A stretch of DNA of 62,577 nt, filler included, from 11 parts of 11 records of this genome joined end to end with filler, not necessarily neighbours in it, one strand, 5' to 3'. Positions 34,001 through 47,300 are shown, counted from the first letter of the whole stretch. The notes: generated by a model not told the origin, from the sequence alone. Translations and numbers: made by a program.

Positions 34001-34159
34001 CGCAGGTTCGTATCGGATGGTCTCGCTCGCCGCCGTCCAGCTGGTTTGACTCTTGCGCAGCGCACCCACGAATACTTCGGCTGCAGCGCGCTGTGCGGCC
34101 GTGCTTCGCCAATCGAGCAGCGTGCGGCACGCCGCCGCGATCTCCACCACGTCCGCCAT
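31073..34159 (-). CDS. Importin-beta family karyopherin (transportin-3/importin-13-like)
   Basis: 1028 aa, all helical. N-terminal IBN/Xpo1-like motifs (AEVFVGALRKSQTSW, AQTLR, VVTQLCL, LELIALLPEE); C-terminal FKRSLKAICGGKK. Confidence 0.8.
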   Translation of the reverse strand: MADVVEIAAACRTLLDWRSTAAQRAAAEVFVGALRKSQTSWTAASETIRYEPALELGVRMLTAQTLRAQAQRQRQPTGPEMVATALQLLALEATRSDGRPVVTQLCLTAAAAGARALEWPVTEVLGRLTADALPHVVKLELIALLPEELDEKRLSMNPARRQALRESLCASSAEVEGWICGACSAEVGPDFSWHHSPQLGAALRCLKSWIAFDLLGPHLVAASPLLQAAIVAVVGASVPDVVREEAVEVLCAACAMSGRDPLLQVLPHLDTLAASVEADSTPLSVRRCACRSIVAIGVAMAPDLLAWAPSAGGSEGPMLSRLTTTLGSCSTDKEQALAELCQDFWLALADALSSTPGAEANLLLLQWMVGVCASRCVLPMAFLLSPALEDGEEEAEDARVSAADVLKAVADGPPSHALALMLQLDSELAASIERSQMTAGCSDGVEIARLEAVVYTVSMVGRAALSNGCSKAELSPDSSVQVGEALEGLAQCILQLLEKICALVPLFASVPLLHRTCIVAIGTLSLVTGRSSSVLNTAMEIVGASLSLPSATMRAWGRGEDHVGSVAFWRLASNCAVQLWPALPQLAGGTMTAEVRATMESRGWDGRQTDGRQLLVKGLCAVLSAGVLSCDSPDSHGQLARGANSVIGPILLEVQTGTNEVPEVTFIDADVWSHWCGRYTSSLCLLGAAISAAPPHAVCLLWPQIWETVVNAVQLVRTLGSADASFQELADAIVGVLVEVPRCFVAPSFAQAALERDAAASLCDVATAGFTAPSLMNRACWLQPLSATVRCCQEGSSALEALAESFPTAAEVFLEGMRQASRDTDENAAVWSSMYSLILDMALKCPSVLCRDAAQLLSLLDMLVDDLLRADGCAASDRTAGIVGLRIIAKINDWAFAQPGVGDSRIQLSQLVQQWLVARGELATTVGILGAASGALPPWMIDNLADALWGLGEFVGGERLGSVLHTALCSEVLPYPVRRLKPDARTTALGPLLAAKDRRVFKRSLKAICGGKKKGVSGAPPATSTASN

Positions 34160-34572
34160 CGGACCGTTGGGCCTGCGCTGACGTACGGTCTGCAGCAGGC
34201 CTCCTGTGTCTCAGCGCTCCGAGCTACTGCCGGCACTATTGATCAGGCTCTGCCGCCACTGCTGCTGGTGCTCGTGCAAATTTATTTAGGGCGGACGTAC
34301 CGGTAGGTTGTCGTCTCGGGAGACGGAGTCCCCGCCAACCATAATGATTCCAACACGGAGCCTACACCGCTCCAGCATGCACTCCAACTGTCGNNNNNNN
34401 NNNNNNNNNNNNNNNNNNNNNNNNNNNNNNNNNNNNNTTAATTAATTAANNNNNNNNNNNNNNNNNNNNNNNNNNNNNNNNNNNNNNNNNNNNGACACAT
34501 CAACATACACAACGAAACGTCCAAGAGCCGGAAGCTGGGTCGAGGCTGCGCCAAGCGCCTCAGCAGCGGCGG

Positions 34573-37500
34573 ATGGCATCCAGTGCACCACCCCCATCTC
34601 CTGCTCCTGAAGCCGCAGCTGGTTCCGCTCAGGTACCGTCGATGGCGAGTCAATCGTCTCCTTACAGAGCAGCTGGAAAGAGCACGAAGCCTGCGGTGGA
34701 GCGGCAGGAGGCCCAAGACGAGCTCGGCAGCTTGCGGGTGACGGTACATGCTGCAAGAGGGCTTCCGAACGGAATTCCTGTGCGCTGTGCTGTCTCGCTC
34801 GGCTTCGGCACAGCAACCGGCAGAAGCAGTCTGCAGAGCCGAAGGTGTAGGGCTGATCACCAAGATTCGGTCCGGTTCACGTCGATCGTCAACTCTGGTG
34901 AGATACAGTCCGGCTACGCAAGCTGGACCAAGCCACATGACCTGAACTTTGTCGCTCCTGAAGACCCTCAGTTTGTCCGCATCCGGTGTGAGCATGAGAA
35001 TGGCGATGGTCAAGGGCAAGGGCGCCATATTGGCACTGTCGTCCTTGACATCACCAAGATGGTTGCAAAGAGCCAGGCAGCGGTGTGTGAGTGGGTCAGG
35101 ACTGCAGCAAAAAGTACCAGCAGTGGCAATGGCAGTCAAAGCAGATCTAGAAGCAGCGGAGGCAACAGATCTGTGGAGAGAAGGGTCTTTCTTGGGCAAG
35201 ATGGGCCACGCATCACCAGCTCTGCCGACAACTCAGACGAAGACGCTGGCATCGTCAGCTCCGATGATGAACTTGACAGCAGCGGCTCTGACTATGGCGT
35301 TGAGCTCCGAGTACGAGTGAGCTGGCTTTCGGCAAAATGCCGAAGGCGGCTGCAGCACCCTTGTGGCAACGTCACCGGCGTATGGCATGTGTTTGGCACG
35401 ATGGATCCTGGCGACGATGCCGACGACAGCGAAGGTGGTCTTGCGGGGGCGACGCTGCCATATGAAGAGTTCCTTTACCTACATCAGGACCACAGTGGAC
35501 AAATCAGTGGCCATGAGGCTGCCGAGCGGGGTTCACACGGGGACCCATTCGAAGTGGCTGATGCAAATGTCGTTGATGGCTGCAAGCTGCAGTTTACACA
35601 GATCTTTCTGCGAGGGCAGCAGGAGGCACTGGTAGGAAGTGAGGCATCAGGGCTGGTGGCACAGTCTTGCTTCTGGAGCGCGACAGTCGATGGGAACGGA
35701 CAGGAAGCAGTCGCTATGCATGGCCGAATCAGCGGCGCTATTGAGTGCGACTTTGTGGCGACGCGTCAGGCTGGCGTGTGCCCGGTGACACGCTGTATCC
35801 CGCTACACCATCTACTGCAGCACACTGCACCCATTCAGCCGCCGATCCTAGACCATAGCGGCAGGAACAGTGGAAATACTGGCGCTTCGAACAACTCTGC
35901 GATACAGGCATCTGGATCTGCGCGTGCTGACCAATCTGCTATCAGCAGCAACACGTCGAAATGGCAGGTGTCATCCAAGACGTTTGGTCAGGTGGAGTGC
36001 ACAGCGCACCAGGTGGCTGAGTGGCGATTTAATGCATCGCGCGACATCGGAACCATCCGGGCCAAAATTCTTGCAGTAGCGGATGTTACATCGTCAGTGC
36101 GCGGATGGCTACTGAAGGAACTCCGCTGCAGTGTGAAAATTGGCGACACTACATTAGCTACGATGCCGTCGCCGGTAATAGAGCAGCAACATGAAAATTC
36201 GGCTACGCGTAGGCCTTCAGCGGTGGTTGGGACCAGCGAGGATGAGGAGCAGACTGGTCAAGGACAAGATCAAGGACGGCGAGGTGGGCGAAGTCTTGTT
36301 GAAGCAGAGCCAGTGGACGAAATCCTTGAATTTGAGGTGGAAACTGCAGCGATAAATCCAGTGGTTCTCATCGAGCTTTCCGGCTCCGGCACCCGCCAGA
36401 AGCCGCGAGCCACTGGGCGCCGCCTCGCAGCAGCGGCTACTCGTGGGCAAGACGCGCATCGTGCAGAGATTATGGTCGGCAGTGGCGCAGTGACATTAGG
36501 TCCAGAAATATATCGTGGGCCAGACCGGAGCCTGACTGAGCTCGTGGTGCAGATGCGAGACGAGGCAGGCGAATCGTGCGGCACTGTGACGATTGAGCTT
36601 GAGTGGATGGCGACGGGCAACGCGCTCGACTACTCAGTCTTCTTCTGCGCAGCGGGGCAGCATCTTGCGCGGGAGTGTGTGGACCGAAAGCGTCGTTTGG
36701 AGCACACTGGCCACTTCACGCCTCAGGCAGATGGGACTCTCTACTTCATCTTCGACGACGAGTTTTGGCCTCTACAGCAGCAACAACAGCAAATGGATCT
36801 GGACGAGCGTGGTAGCGTTGATACGAATACGAAGCCTGGAGTACTGACGATCAACCTGGGAAGCTGCAGATCCCTGATACCAGCCGACCGCTCAGGGCTC
36901 TCTGACCCCTATGTGGTGGTTAGCCTCGGCCACGAGACAGCCTCAAGCACCATCATCATGGACACCGTTGATCCAGACTTCGACGAGACACTGACGCTGC
37001 GTGTGGACACGGTGCAGCACACGCCGCTCACACGGCTGCGTTTGGAAATCTTTAGTGAGGACGCAGATCGCGACGATCACTTCTTAGGTGAAGTGGAAAT
37101 TAGCCTGGAGTCACTGTTCCGAGGGAACACTGCCGCCGACACTCCACGGCTGACAAAGCAACCCTATCCACTAGGCGATCCAAGTGGTCGAGTCAGTACC
37201 CTCGACCTCCGGCGTCAAATGCGGAAGCTTCGCTCCAGCTCCATCAACTTGTCGGCTACCAGCAGCTCGATCTCAGCACAACAGAGCCCGCTGGCTGTTG
37301 CTAGCTCCAACAACGGTGGTGGGAACGAGCGTGAGAAAAATCAGAGCAACAACGCCATTAAGGAGACCCAGTCGACATACGGGACCATCGAGCTGGGGGC
37401 GTCGTTCGTGCCCGATGGTGTTCGGCATCCACCAGGCGATGGCACAGTTTTCATCACACTGATTGGTGCGACCGGGCTCGTCCCTGGATTTTCTTCGACC

Positions 37501-38379
37501 TGCAACCCTTATGCGAAAGTCACTATGCCAGGAGCCGCTGCCACAGGGGCGGCTGTGGGCACCGGCTCGCACACGCGCACACACACGCACACGCACAGAA
37601 CGCAGCCCAGGGCCAACACAGCCGATCCTGTATTCAACGAGCTCTGCCACTTTGAGCTCCGCAGCGCAGAGAACACAGAGAACGACTGGGAAGTAACTGT
37701 TGAGATCTGGGACAAACAGTCTCCTGCAGCTGATGTCTACCTCGGGGAGTGCAGACTCCGGATGCGGGATGAGTTTGCGTCGACCGGAACGGACTCCTGG
37801 GAGACCGCCTCAATTGATAAACGCTGGAGGCTGAGCGATCCGTTATCGCGAATCTCAACGGACAGGTTGCAACGCCATCTTTCTAGATCGCTCGGAAGCG
37901 CTCAGCAGCTTGAAAATTTTCGAAGTCTTGGACCGTACGGAATGGTGCGGCTCAAATTCGGATTCGCACTATCGACAGGCGCAGAAGGCTTCGCTGGCGG
38001 TGGCATCTCGGCAATCCCTGCGGCGCACGAGCGGTCACAGGAGCAGACGGCCCAACAGCGCCTCACATCGACATCGTACGGTGACAGCCTGTCCGGTGTT
38101 TGGCATGCGATGGGCACGAGCACAGACAGCATTGAGGGAGAACCGCCGCAAGAAGAGTTCCTCGTGCTGAGGCAAGATGCAAATGGTATCATCAGCGGGA
38201 ACGACCTCGGCGGAGCGAAGGATTCCGATGAGGCTAGTTTCTCCCTCACAGACTCGGCACTGGTGCTCTCAGACGGTGGTAAATCGACGTTGTCCTTTAT
38301 GCAAGTTTACAACGACGGCACCGATCGTATGCAATGGAAGGCGGAGCTACAGAGCGTTGACGAGCTGCATGATCATGGA
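34573..38379 (+). CDS. Multi-C2-domain protein (3' partial)
   Basis: C2 motifs: GSLRVTVHAARGL; VLTINLGSCRSLIPADRSGLSDPYVVV..DPDFDETL..DDHFLGEV; GTVFITLIGATGL..NPYAKV..DPVFNE..VEIWD..YLGE. A degenerate C2 lies near 36050-36610. A duplicated GVWH..EEF module is also present. Confidence 0.8.
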
Positions 38380-38535
38380 NNNNNNNNNNNNNNNNNNNNN
38401 NNNNNNNNNNNNNNNNNNNNNNNTTAATTAATTAANNNNNNNNNNNNNNNNNNNNNNNNNNNNNNNNNNNNNNNNNNNNACTCCTCAAGAATCCAACCCA
38501 GCCTGTGACGAGGACCGTGGGGGGGCCCTGTGGGG

Positions 38536-38716
38536 GAGGTCAAGCACAACAAGGTCAAGGTCAAGCACAACAAGGTCAAGGACAAGGTGCTCGAGGTCAA
38601 GGTCAAGCACAACGTGCTCGAGGTCAAGGTGCTCGAGGTCAAGGTCAAGCACAAGGTGCTCGAGGTCAAGGTCAAGGTCAAGTTCAAGGCGCTCGAGGTC
38701 AAGTTCAAGGTGCTCG
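38536..38716. repeat. Degenerate CAAGGT-based tandem repeat
   Basis: Mosaic of CAAGGT, CAAGCA and GCTCGAGGT units, all multiples of 3, about 180 bp long. Confidence 0.9.
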
Positions 38717-38780
38717 CGGCCGAGTCGTGGGCCCCCTGACAGGGACGGCGCACAGGCGACGGATTGCGCCGGCAGCGTGG

Positions 38781-40085
38781 ATGAGCGGGGCGGCACGGCT
38801 GTGGGAGGCGGCGGAGCGAGGGGATGCAGTGGGTTGTTTGGAGGCGCTTGAGAGCGGCACGCCCGTCGATGCGGCCGGGAGGACGGCGTGGACGGCGCTG
38901 CATCGTGAGAGAGAGCGCAGCCGGCCTTGCTCTTCTGTTGTCTGTGTGTGTGTTCTCTGTCTCTGTGTCTCTGTGTATATCTATGTGTCCGCCTGCCTGC
39001 CTGCCTGCCAGTGGATGTCGATTCGAGCACGATCGTTGTGGCTTGGAGCAGGTGCGGCGGACAGGGGGTGGGTGAACGTGCTGCGCGTGCTGCTCCAGAA
39101 CGGCGCCAGCCCGGCGCGGAAGACCGAGACGGGGGCGGACACGCCGTTGCATCTCGCAGCGGCGCGCGGACACACCGACATCACGCGCGAGCTGCTCCGC
39201 GGGGGCGCGGACTACCGCGCGAAGGCTCGCAACGGGTGGACCCCGCTGCACGCTGCGATGTTCCACAACCACACGGAGGTCGCCCGGCTGCTCATCCGCG
39301 CGGGCGCCGACCCGATCGAGGCGACCGTGCGCGGGAGCACCGTGCGCACGCTCTCCACTGGCGGGGCCGCGGAAAAGTGGACCCGCGCGCCGCGCGTGGG
39401 CAGCTCTTCGATGTCCGGCTACTCCGATGGGTCGTCGATGGCCTCGCCGGGCGGGCGCGCCACGTCTCCGGCGAGGGAGCTCGTCAACGACGTGGTGGCG
39501 GCACGCCAAGCCGCCCTGTGGGAGCTGCGCGAGCGGCGCTCGCAAGAGCGCGAGCGCGAACGAATCGATGGAGCCGAGGCGGCCCTACAGCAGCACCTGA
39601 CCCACCAGCAACGACGCGACGAGAAACGCCGACAGCTCGAGCTATCCCTCAGCATCCGCGTAAGTCCAAACACGCTCCTCGCTGCAGCTTGCCCGAATCA
39701 GCCAGCCTCGTGCTCTCGCCCGTGTCAATTCTGGCAAACACCAGAGGCGTGGCTGTGCTTTGTAGAGGGGCACCACCACGATGCTACTCCCTGCTCGCAC
39801 CGGCTCGCGGTCTCCTCCGTCATCGCCATCTACCTCGTTCCAACAGCAGCAAATGCAACCACCAGCGGCATCGCCGCTTTCGTATACAGGTGCTATGGCG
39901 TCGCCGGCCGCATCTCTTGGACTTTCGCCAATTGGTGCGTTGCTACTCTTGGCAGCCTTGGTGGAAGCCAGCGCCCATGCAGTTCCGTCCAATACTTTTG
40001 ACGCTGCATTTGTGCGCGTCCATGGGTACGTGTAGGCTCTACACTGCCGGAGCCAGCGCCAGAGCCGGAGCCGGAGCTAGGGTGA
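38781..40085 (+). CDS. Ankyrin-repeat protein with coiled-coil and low-complexity tail (4 exons predicted)
   Basis: Exons 38781-38904, 39052-39659, 39766-39934, 40036-40085 with phase-matched GT..AG introns. Splicing restores WTALHRAADRG; also DTPLHLAAARG and WTPLHAA. The start may extend upstream through the in-frame G/Q repeat. Confidence 0.7.
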
Positions 40086-41312
40086 CACAAATGGCGCGCA
40101 AGGGCAGTCTTAGCAGAGGGGTGCTGCACAGAACCCGACGTGTCTACAGCATTGGACGTGTAAACGAAGCTTGCACTGGCATAATTAGTCAAGTTGTCCT
40201 GCGTGTTCTTTCACAACCCCATGCGCCGTTTTCAACGTAGAGAAGCATACTCTTCATTTGCGAACAGAAGCATCTCGTAGGGCAATTGTCAAAACGCAGA
40301 GAAGATGTTGACATTCCTCAGAGCTTCTGCGCTCAGACTGCTCAGGATCACGGATCACGTAACAATCGGCGGGCCGGGGCTTTGCGCCACCTGAGGTCTT
40401 CATTCAAATGTCGTGGGCAACGTGACACCGGGCATACGGCCCGTATGCCAGGTGTCACAGGGCGAACGGTGGAGGACAACATCGCCCCTTTTTTGCACCG
40501 TTGTAGGCCGTCCACTCGTTCAGGATAGGAAGGTGGACTAGGATGGTAGAGTATGGTGCCTAGCTGTTTCGGGGTGGGCGTGGGAACTGGTTTGCAGTCA
40601 CAACAACAAACGCCCATTTTCGGTCAGTCATTATCATTGGATGATTGTAAGTATGCACCACACAGAACGTATAGTGATGCTAGCGCCGTCTGTCTCATCG
40701 CACACCAAACTTCAGTTGCCCACACGAACTTCTTAGCCGTGATTCTCCTCCCGGTGGACTCATAGCGTGTCTCTCGAGGGGACGACCGCCCGCTCCACGG
40801 GGATGATTGCTTTCAACGTTTCATCACAAGAAGCGTTTTGGGATCGGTGAACTTACATAGGGTGTCGCAAAGCGACACTGCGTTTATTGTTAGGCAGCTA
40901 TGCATGCGTACCGATACTCTGAGGAAATGATTACTATCCCAGTCTAAACTGCGACTGGTGAGATGATTTGACGTCCACAGTCACCTTGAGCCTGATGACG
41001 CTGACCCAGGTTGTGATAAGCATGGTTGTCGAAAACATGATCATTGTGCACTCTGAGGTTCAGCGTACACGCACTAGAACAGGATGCTGCCAGCTACTAG
41101 TAGGCTCAAGCGTTTCACCTAGGCCAGTGCCTGATTATCATCGCCAGAGCGACGATGATACTACTCACATCCTTACAACTCGACGCTTGGGGGTCATAGC
41201 GGTCATACTTCGGCGTAAGTTGCTTACACCATATATTGCAGACGGTCTACCCTCATGATCAAACGACGTACACAGCTATGGGTGTGGGCGTGGTTACTTC
41301 TAGATGTTCAGC

Positions 41313-44300
41313 CTAGCTAGCTCTGTCGTCCCACTCCTCCTCGGTGATGATGCGGCCGGAGTGCGCCCGCGTCTCCATTGTGACATGCACTGTCGTGTGC
41401 GTCACGTGCCCTTCCAAGCCCCCCATGCCCGTCGTCCCACGCTTCCGGTGCCTTTCATTGTGGCGGTGGATGATGTGACCTGTCGAGGAGATGTGGATCA
41501 CACCGGCCTTCATCATGCCGGTCATCACGCCACCGAGCCCACTGGCGGTTACACCGCGGCCGTCCTCATCAAAGTCACGCCATATCTCCATCGTCTGCTG
41601 CAGCTCCTCGTCGGTGATGCGTGCGGCGGAGTGCGCAGCCTTCGTCGTTTTTTGCCACCAGGAGATGAAGCGACGATAGTTGAGCGTTCCCGCCCCGCTA
41701 AGATCGAGCTCGGTGAAGATATGCGCGGCAGCGGCTTTGCCCGCCGCCTCCACCGCCCCGTGGTCGACGTGCTCCCCGACGGCCTCGACGGCGACGCGGC
41801 TGCACCGCGCAGAGCCCGTCTGTGCCCGCTCGAGCAGCAGCTCGAGCTTGGCAGCGTCGATACCGTGCTCGGTCGCGAGGGTCATCGCCTTCTGCAGGTC
41901 GGCGAGAGCTTTGCTAGGCTCGCCCAGCGATAAGAAGGCCTCCGCCTGCTGTCGCAATGCCGCTACCTGTGTGCCGAAGACACGGATCACCTTGGATCGG
42001 GCGTAGATATCCTCCGCGCTTTCAATGGTCGGCTCCAACAGCCGCAGCGGCAGGTGGCCGGCCCGCAGGTCTGCTGTGTCGCCCTCGAACTGGGTCAGCA
42101 GTGCCATTTTCTTCTCGGCCTCCTTCTCGACCTCCGCCTGCTCCTGGAGGTCGAACTCGAAGCATTCCTGCTCCTCGTACTCGTCGAGGTCGTCGAAGGT
42201 CTGCTCGGTCACCTCACCCTGCTTGGTCAATCGGACGGTGAACGGCGTCGACTCGCCTTCCACAGTACGCTTTTGGTTGTTCTCAATCCAGATTTTGTAG
42301 TGGCCAGCAGGTGCGGTCTTCCAGTAGATATTTTCGACGCATTCGGTGGTCAGATGCTTTTCGGATGCGTTCATATCCACGTCCAGATGGCCGGAACATG
42401 TCCCCACCTTGGCATTCCAGAAGATGTGGGAGTCGGTCGGCCCAATGCAATGGAGGTCGAGGTCATCGGTGTTGTCCCACATCAAACTACAAGTGACATC
42501 GCCGATCTTCGCACCTGCTGCCTTGAGCCGGCGCCCAAGCTCGCCCGCATGCGCCTGCTCCTTCGCCTTCGCGAGGGCCACGTCGGCTGCGGAGGTGTCG
42601 TTCGCCATCGTGATGAGCATTGAGGTTGGGACCATCGTGTGCCATTTCGAGGCCTCCACCGCCAGCTGCGCGATTTGTTCCGCCTTGGCCCAGTGCTGGA
42701 GCGTGATCTCCGAATCGGCCGTGTGCACGAGGTCGGTGACCTTCGCCTGCGCTGCCTCGCCCTCCTTCGCCAGCAGGAGCAGTGCGCTGATATCGGTCTT
42801 GGCGTGATCATCACCGAGCTCCTCGGCTAATGTGAGGGCCTGGGAGAGCAGATGCACCGCCTCAGTGTAGTCGCGTGCGATGATGGCCTTCTCGCCCGGC
42901 CTGCGGAAGCCGTTCATCGCTGCTACCTGCTGTGAGAGTGCCGCCGCAGCCTCTTGCTTCGCTTGTTCCGACACTAGCTGGATCTGAAGCTTAAGCGACC
43001 GCAGTTTGGCCACGACCACCTGGTCGGCCGACATCTTGAGCATCGTCAGAGCGCTGTTGATGGTGAGCATCGCTCCCGATAAGTCTCCAGTCTCTAGCTC
43101 GTGCGTGGCCGTGCGGTAAGACGCCATGCCGTTGCGGAGCCGCTTCGACTGAGCGAGAAGTATCTTGATCTCGGGGTCGGTTTCATCCCGATCGATCTCA
43201 ATCGCGTGCTGGAAGAGGCCGACTGCGGCGGTATAGTCTTCGCGCGTTATTGCTGCAATCCCTTGCGCCTTCAGGTCAGCAACCTTGGCCAGCCGAGCCG
43301 CTTCCGCCTCCGCCTCCGCCATCGCCTCAGATTCTTCCTCCTGCGCTTTGGCAAGCTTGTTCTCGGATTCGGCGAGCTTCTCCTTGTAAGAGCTGTCGTT
43401 TGGGTCTAGCTGGACAGCCCGCTTGTAGGCCTCGACAGCGGCGGTGTAGTCCCTGACATCCATCTGGTGGTCGCCCTGGTGGCAGGCGCTCGCTGCTTGC
43501 TGCTTGTGCTCTGCTTGCTCGATCGCGGGCGGGAAAAATGAGTCAGTCGGGTGCAACGACAGCCCGACCTTAAAGTCCTCAGCAGCTGTTTCGTATTCGC
43601 CTTTGTGCATCGCAGCTAGACCCCCGATCTTTAGCTCCGCCGCTCGCTTGTACTTCTCAGCCAGCTGCTCCTCTTCTAGCACGGTCTTGTTGTCCGGCTC
43701 GTAGTGCAATGCTTCGAGGAAGGTACGGACTGCAGCGCTGTAGTCGTCTTCCTTCATCTGCTTCTCGCCAAGCTTCTGCAGCTCGCGCGCTTTGACGTGT
43801 GCTTGAGTGGCGTCGAGCGACTCCAAGAGCGACTGGTCATCAGGTGCTAAGGCGAGGGCGGCTTTCAAGTCTTCCACTGCCGCTGCAAAGTCCTCGGCGA
43901 GGATATGCACGTTGGCGCTGTCCTTCTGCCCCCTGACCTTCTGCATGCGCAGGCAATTCTCTCGCTCCGAAACGGCCGTGTCACGGAGATCCGCCTGATC
44001 GTCTGAGATTTTGGGCACCAGCTGGTTATAGATGTCGATCGCCTCGGACCAGTTGCGGTGCGAAGCCTGTGCGCGTGCCATGGCCACTAGCTTCGCGACC
44101 TCCGCTGCTCTATCAGCCAGCGCCCGTGCCTTGTGAGCTAGGTCGATGAGTTCGAGGTCGCTCCGATCGAGGGTGCTGGCCTTATCATACGTTGCCGCTG
44201 CCCCAACGTATTCGCCTGCCGACATCTGCTCTTCGCCTCGTTTACCCAACGCGGCAATCTCAGCCATCCGGTCTCTGTTTTCTTTGGCTTCCGTCTCCTC

Positions 44301-47300
44301 AGCCTGCAAAGCCGTGTCGCTGGGCAAAATCTCAAGCGCCTGATCAAAGAGCTGTACCGCAAGCGTGAAGTTTTGGTTGGCAGCCGCTTGCTCCGCTTTC
44401 TGCTGCAGCTCCCACCCACGGCTTAGATCCGAGAGGCGTCGCTCCGCTTCCTCCTCTTCTGTCTGCAGTCGTGAGTTGGATGGGTCGAGCTGCAGCGCCT
44501 CCTGGAACTTCGCGACTGCGGCTGCATACTTGCCCTGGGCCACCTCCTTCTCTGCAGCGGTGACCAGTGCATTGCCCTCGGCCATCTCCTTCTCCGCGTC
44601 AGCCCAGAGCTTTTGAAGGGCGCTGTCATTCTTGTTGTGCTCCGTACACCAATCAAGCTTCGCTCTGAGCGCGGCGCAGTCCGGGGCAAGATGTGCGCAA
44701 ATCGTGTAGGCGTCGATCGCTGCCTGCCAGTCAGGCACGCCCGATGCCTTATCCCCGTCTCGAACGCTCGACTCGAGCCGATCGACGTCTTGCACAAGGA
44801 TATCGATAGGACCATACTCTGACTCGAGCGCGATGCGGCGGGCCGCATCAAAGCTACCGCGAGCATCGTCACACTCCGCTGCGCGGAGGCTCGTTTTTCC
44901 AAGGCCGATCTCAAATTCAAGCGCTTTTCGTCGCATTGCAGAGGCGTCGTTGCCGAACGAGTCGACTTCGTCGGCATCCCCACTCAGCAGCACGAGCGCA
45001 GCACGCAGGAGCAGCTGGATTTCATCGCTGGCTGGCGCAATGAGTAGTGTCTTCGTGTAGGCGTCAATCGCCTCCTTGAGCCGATTGTGCTCAAACGAAT
45101 CGTCACCGACTCGGCGCAGGCGTGCCAGTTCCACTGCCTCTGCGTGACGTGGCTTGATCAGTTCTCGGAAATCACAGAGCAACAACGGAGCCAGGTCACT
45201 GCAGAAGTCAGTCTCGAAGTCAACAACCCGTACCTGCCACTGAAAGTAGACACAAGTATCCCCGACACGCAGCTTGGCATAGTACGCTGCCCCGTTCCTG
45301 CTCGGAACTTCGGAATCGTTGAATTTGAACCGGAAACGAATGCGGCCAGTGGCGTCGGGAATCAGCTCTGCCATTGCGAAGCGTCCCCCAGTGTCCTCAA
45401 CCGTGACGTCTGTCACTGCAATTCTATCGTTGGGCTCAAGTTGGGTGATCGTGATCGTCTCTGTGGAGTACTCAACAGCGCCTGACTGCACGCGCAGCGG
45501 CGCAAGAGCGAAAGGGTTGCCAAGTGAGCCAGTGCCGTCGGCAAACGACGCTTTGCCGTCAGCCTGCATGCACGTCGAGGTAAATTGAGGCTGCGGCTCG
45601 CTTAAACCGTCCTTGGGATGGCCTTGCAACGGCTCGCCTTCTGGCAGCCCGTTGCGGAGCGCAAGCACGTCAGCACCAGGCGCACCATCACCAGTCAAGC
45701 CTTTGATTGGAGGCGGTGATGAGAGCAGAACGGTCGTAGGGAGATCAAACTCGGGAAACTCTGCCGGGCATTCGTCAAAAATCACTTGCTTGATTTCTCG
45801 TCCGGCCAACGGAAAGCCGAACTCTTCTAGCCGCCAGAGCCGCTGCTCGATGTCGTCGTAGCTCAGGTCGCCACCCTCACGCGCGTGCACGATCAACTTG
45901 ACAGTGGTTCTGTTGTCGGAAACTGAAATCACTTCAATGAAATCTAGAGCTGAGGCATCGGCAGGAGAGATCGTAGGCTGCTGCTCCGCTTTGCTTGCAG
46001 GCTCGAGCTCGCGGAGGACCTGTTCATAATCCTTGAAGGCATCTGTGCCGTGGCCACGGCGCAAGGAGCCATCAGCCCTAGTCTTAATTGGAGGCCATAG
46101 GAGAGCATTCACACTGTCGATTTCAGTCTCCTCCACGTACTTAAGGGAACGGTCTCGGCGTCGACACCAGCAACACAAGACAAGCATGCAGCACGAGCAC
46201 ACGACCAGAAGAAGAATCAGCAGCAAAAGCAGCATGTTCTCATCGTCGCACTCAGCATCAAAGTCACCATCATTGCTGTCTACTGAGGCATCGTCCAATT
46301 CCACGGAGGCATCACTACCCGCGAAGCAAACGGTCGGGTCGCTGTCGTCGACGTCAACACCGGCGATGCAACCATCAGAGTCAGCGTCAATAGGAAGCAT
46401 CACGGTGCTGCCGTCAGTTGTCCCTTTGACAACCATGCCTGGGTTGCCGGCCAGATCAGCGAATTCGATCAGGAAGTCCACAGCAAAGCCGCTGTAGTCC
46501 TTCATCGGCGCAGTGTATGTGGCCGTGTAGACATCAGTTTCTTCCACACGTGCAAACACAACGCTGTTTGCGGTGTCACACGAACCCTCGAAGTCATTCG
46601 TGCAAACGGGCACCCGTGAATCGAGCACTACCATTCTGAGTACATCGTCATGAAATTGCAGTGGCTCGGAGGGAGTGAACGTGACGGCTATTGGGATCCC
46701 AATCTGTGGTGGCTCAAGCTCGTCTGACCAGGCGGGGTCGGCCATGTCGATGGAAACAAACGGAAGAAGGGGTGCCACTGTGTCGATCGTCACTACAGAG
46801 CCGTCATGAAGATCCGTGGGGCAAGGGGTGCTGGTACCTCCATCTAGGCGGTGCCCACAGCCTGTAGCTGTGATCGTAGTCTCTGAATATGGACGCTGTC
46901 CACGATCAGCCAGAATCACTGAGAAGTCAGTGTTGCCCTGCTGGTCACTTTCGGTAACGGATATCGTCGCTTCGAACGAAGGTGTGTCAGCGATTTTCAC
47001 CACGTCCGCTGAACGACCTGCAATCTGGACGAATGGCGCCATCGCTGGGACGATATCCAGCGTGATCTCAACCGTGATAGTTGAGCCAACTACGGCATAA
47101 TGTGTATCTCCGTCGAGGAGCACACGCCGCCCAACACTAGTCGCAGCAGTAGCACTTGTGAGTGCTCCCTCTGGTATCGTCAGGATTGACGCCTCGATGA
47201 GTGCAGCACGAGCAACAATGATCTCTACCCAAGAAGTTCCACCGTTCTGAACGACTGGGTCGCCAGGGTTGCCACCCAGGTCAGAGTACTCAATTGTCAC

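Noticed and set aside
38424-40240. Long overlapping ORFs (373 aa on -, 437 aa on +)
   Set aside because: Shadow frames of a GC-rich ankyrin gene, with no recognisable motifs.
40100-41300. Short ORFs between the ankyrin and receptor genes
   Set aside because: No recognisable domain or consistent exon chain.
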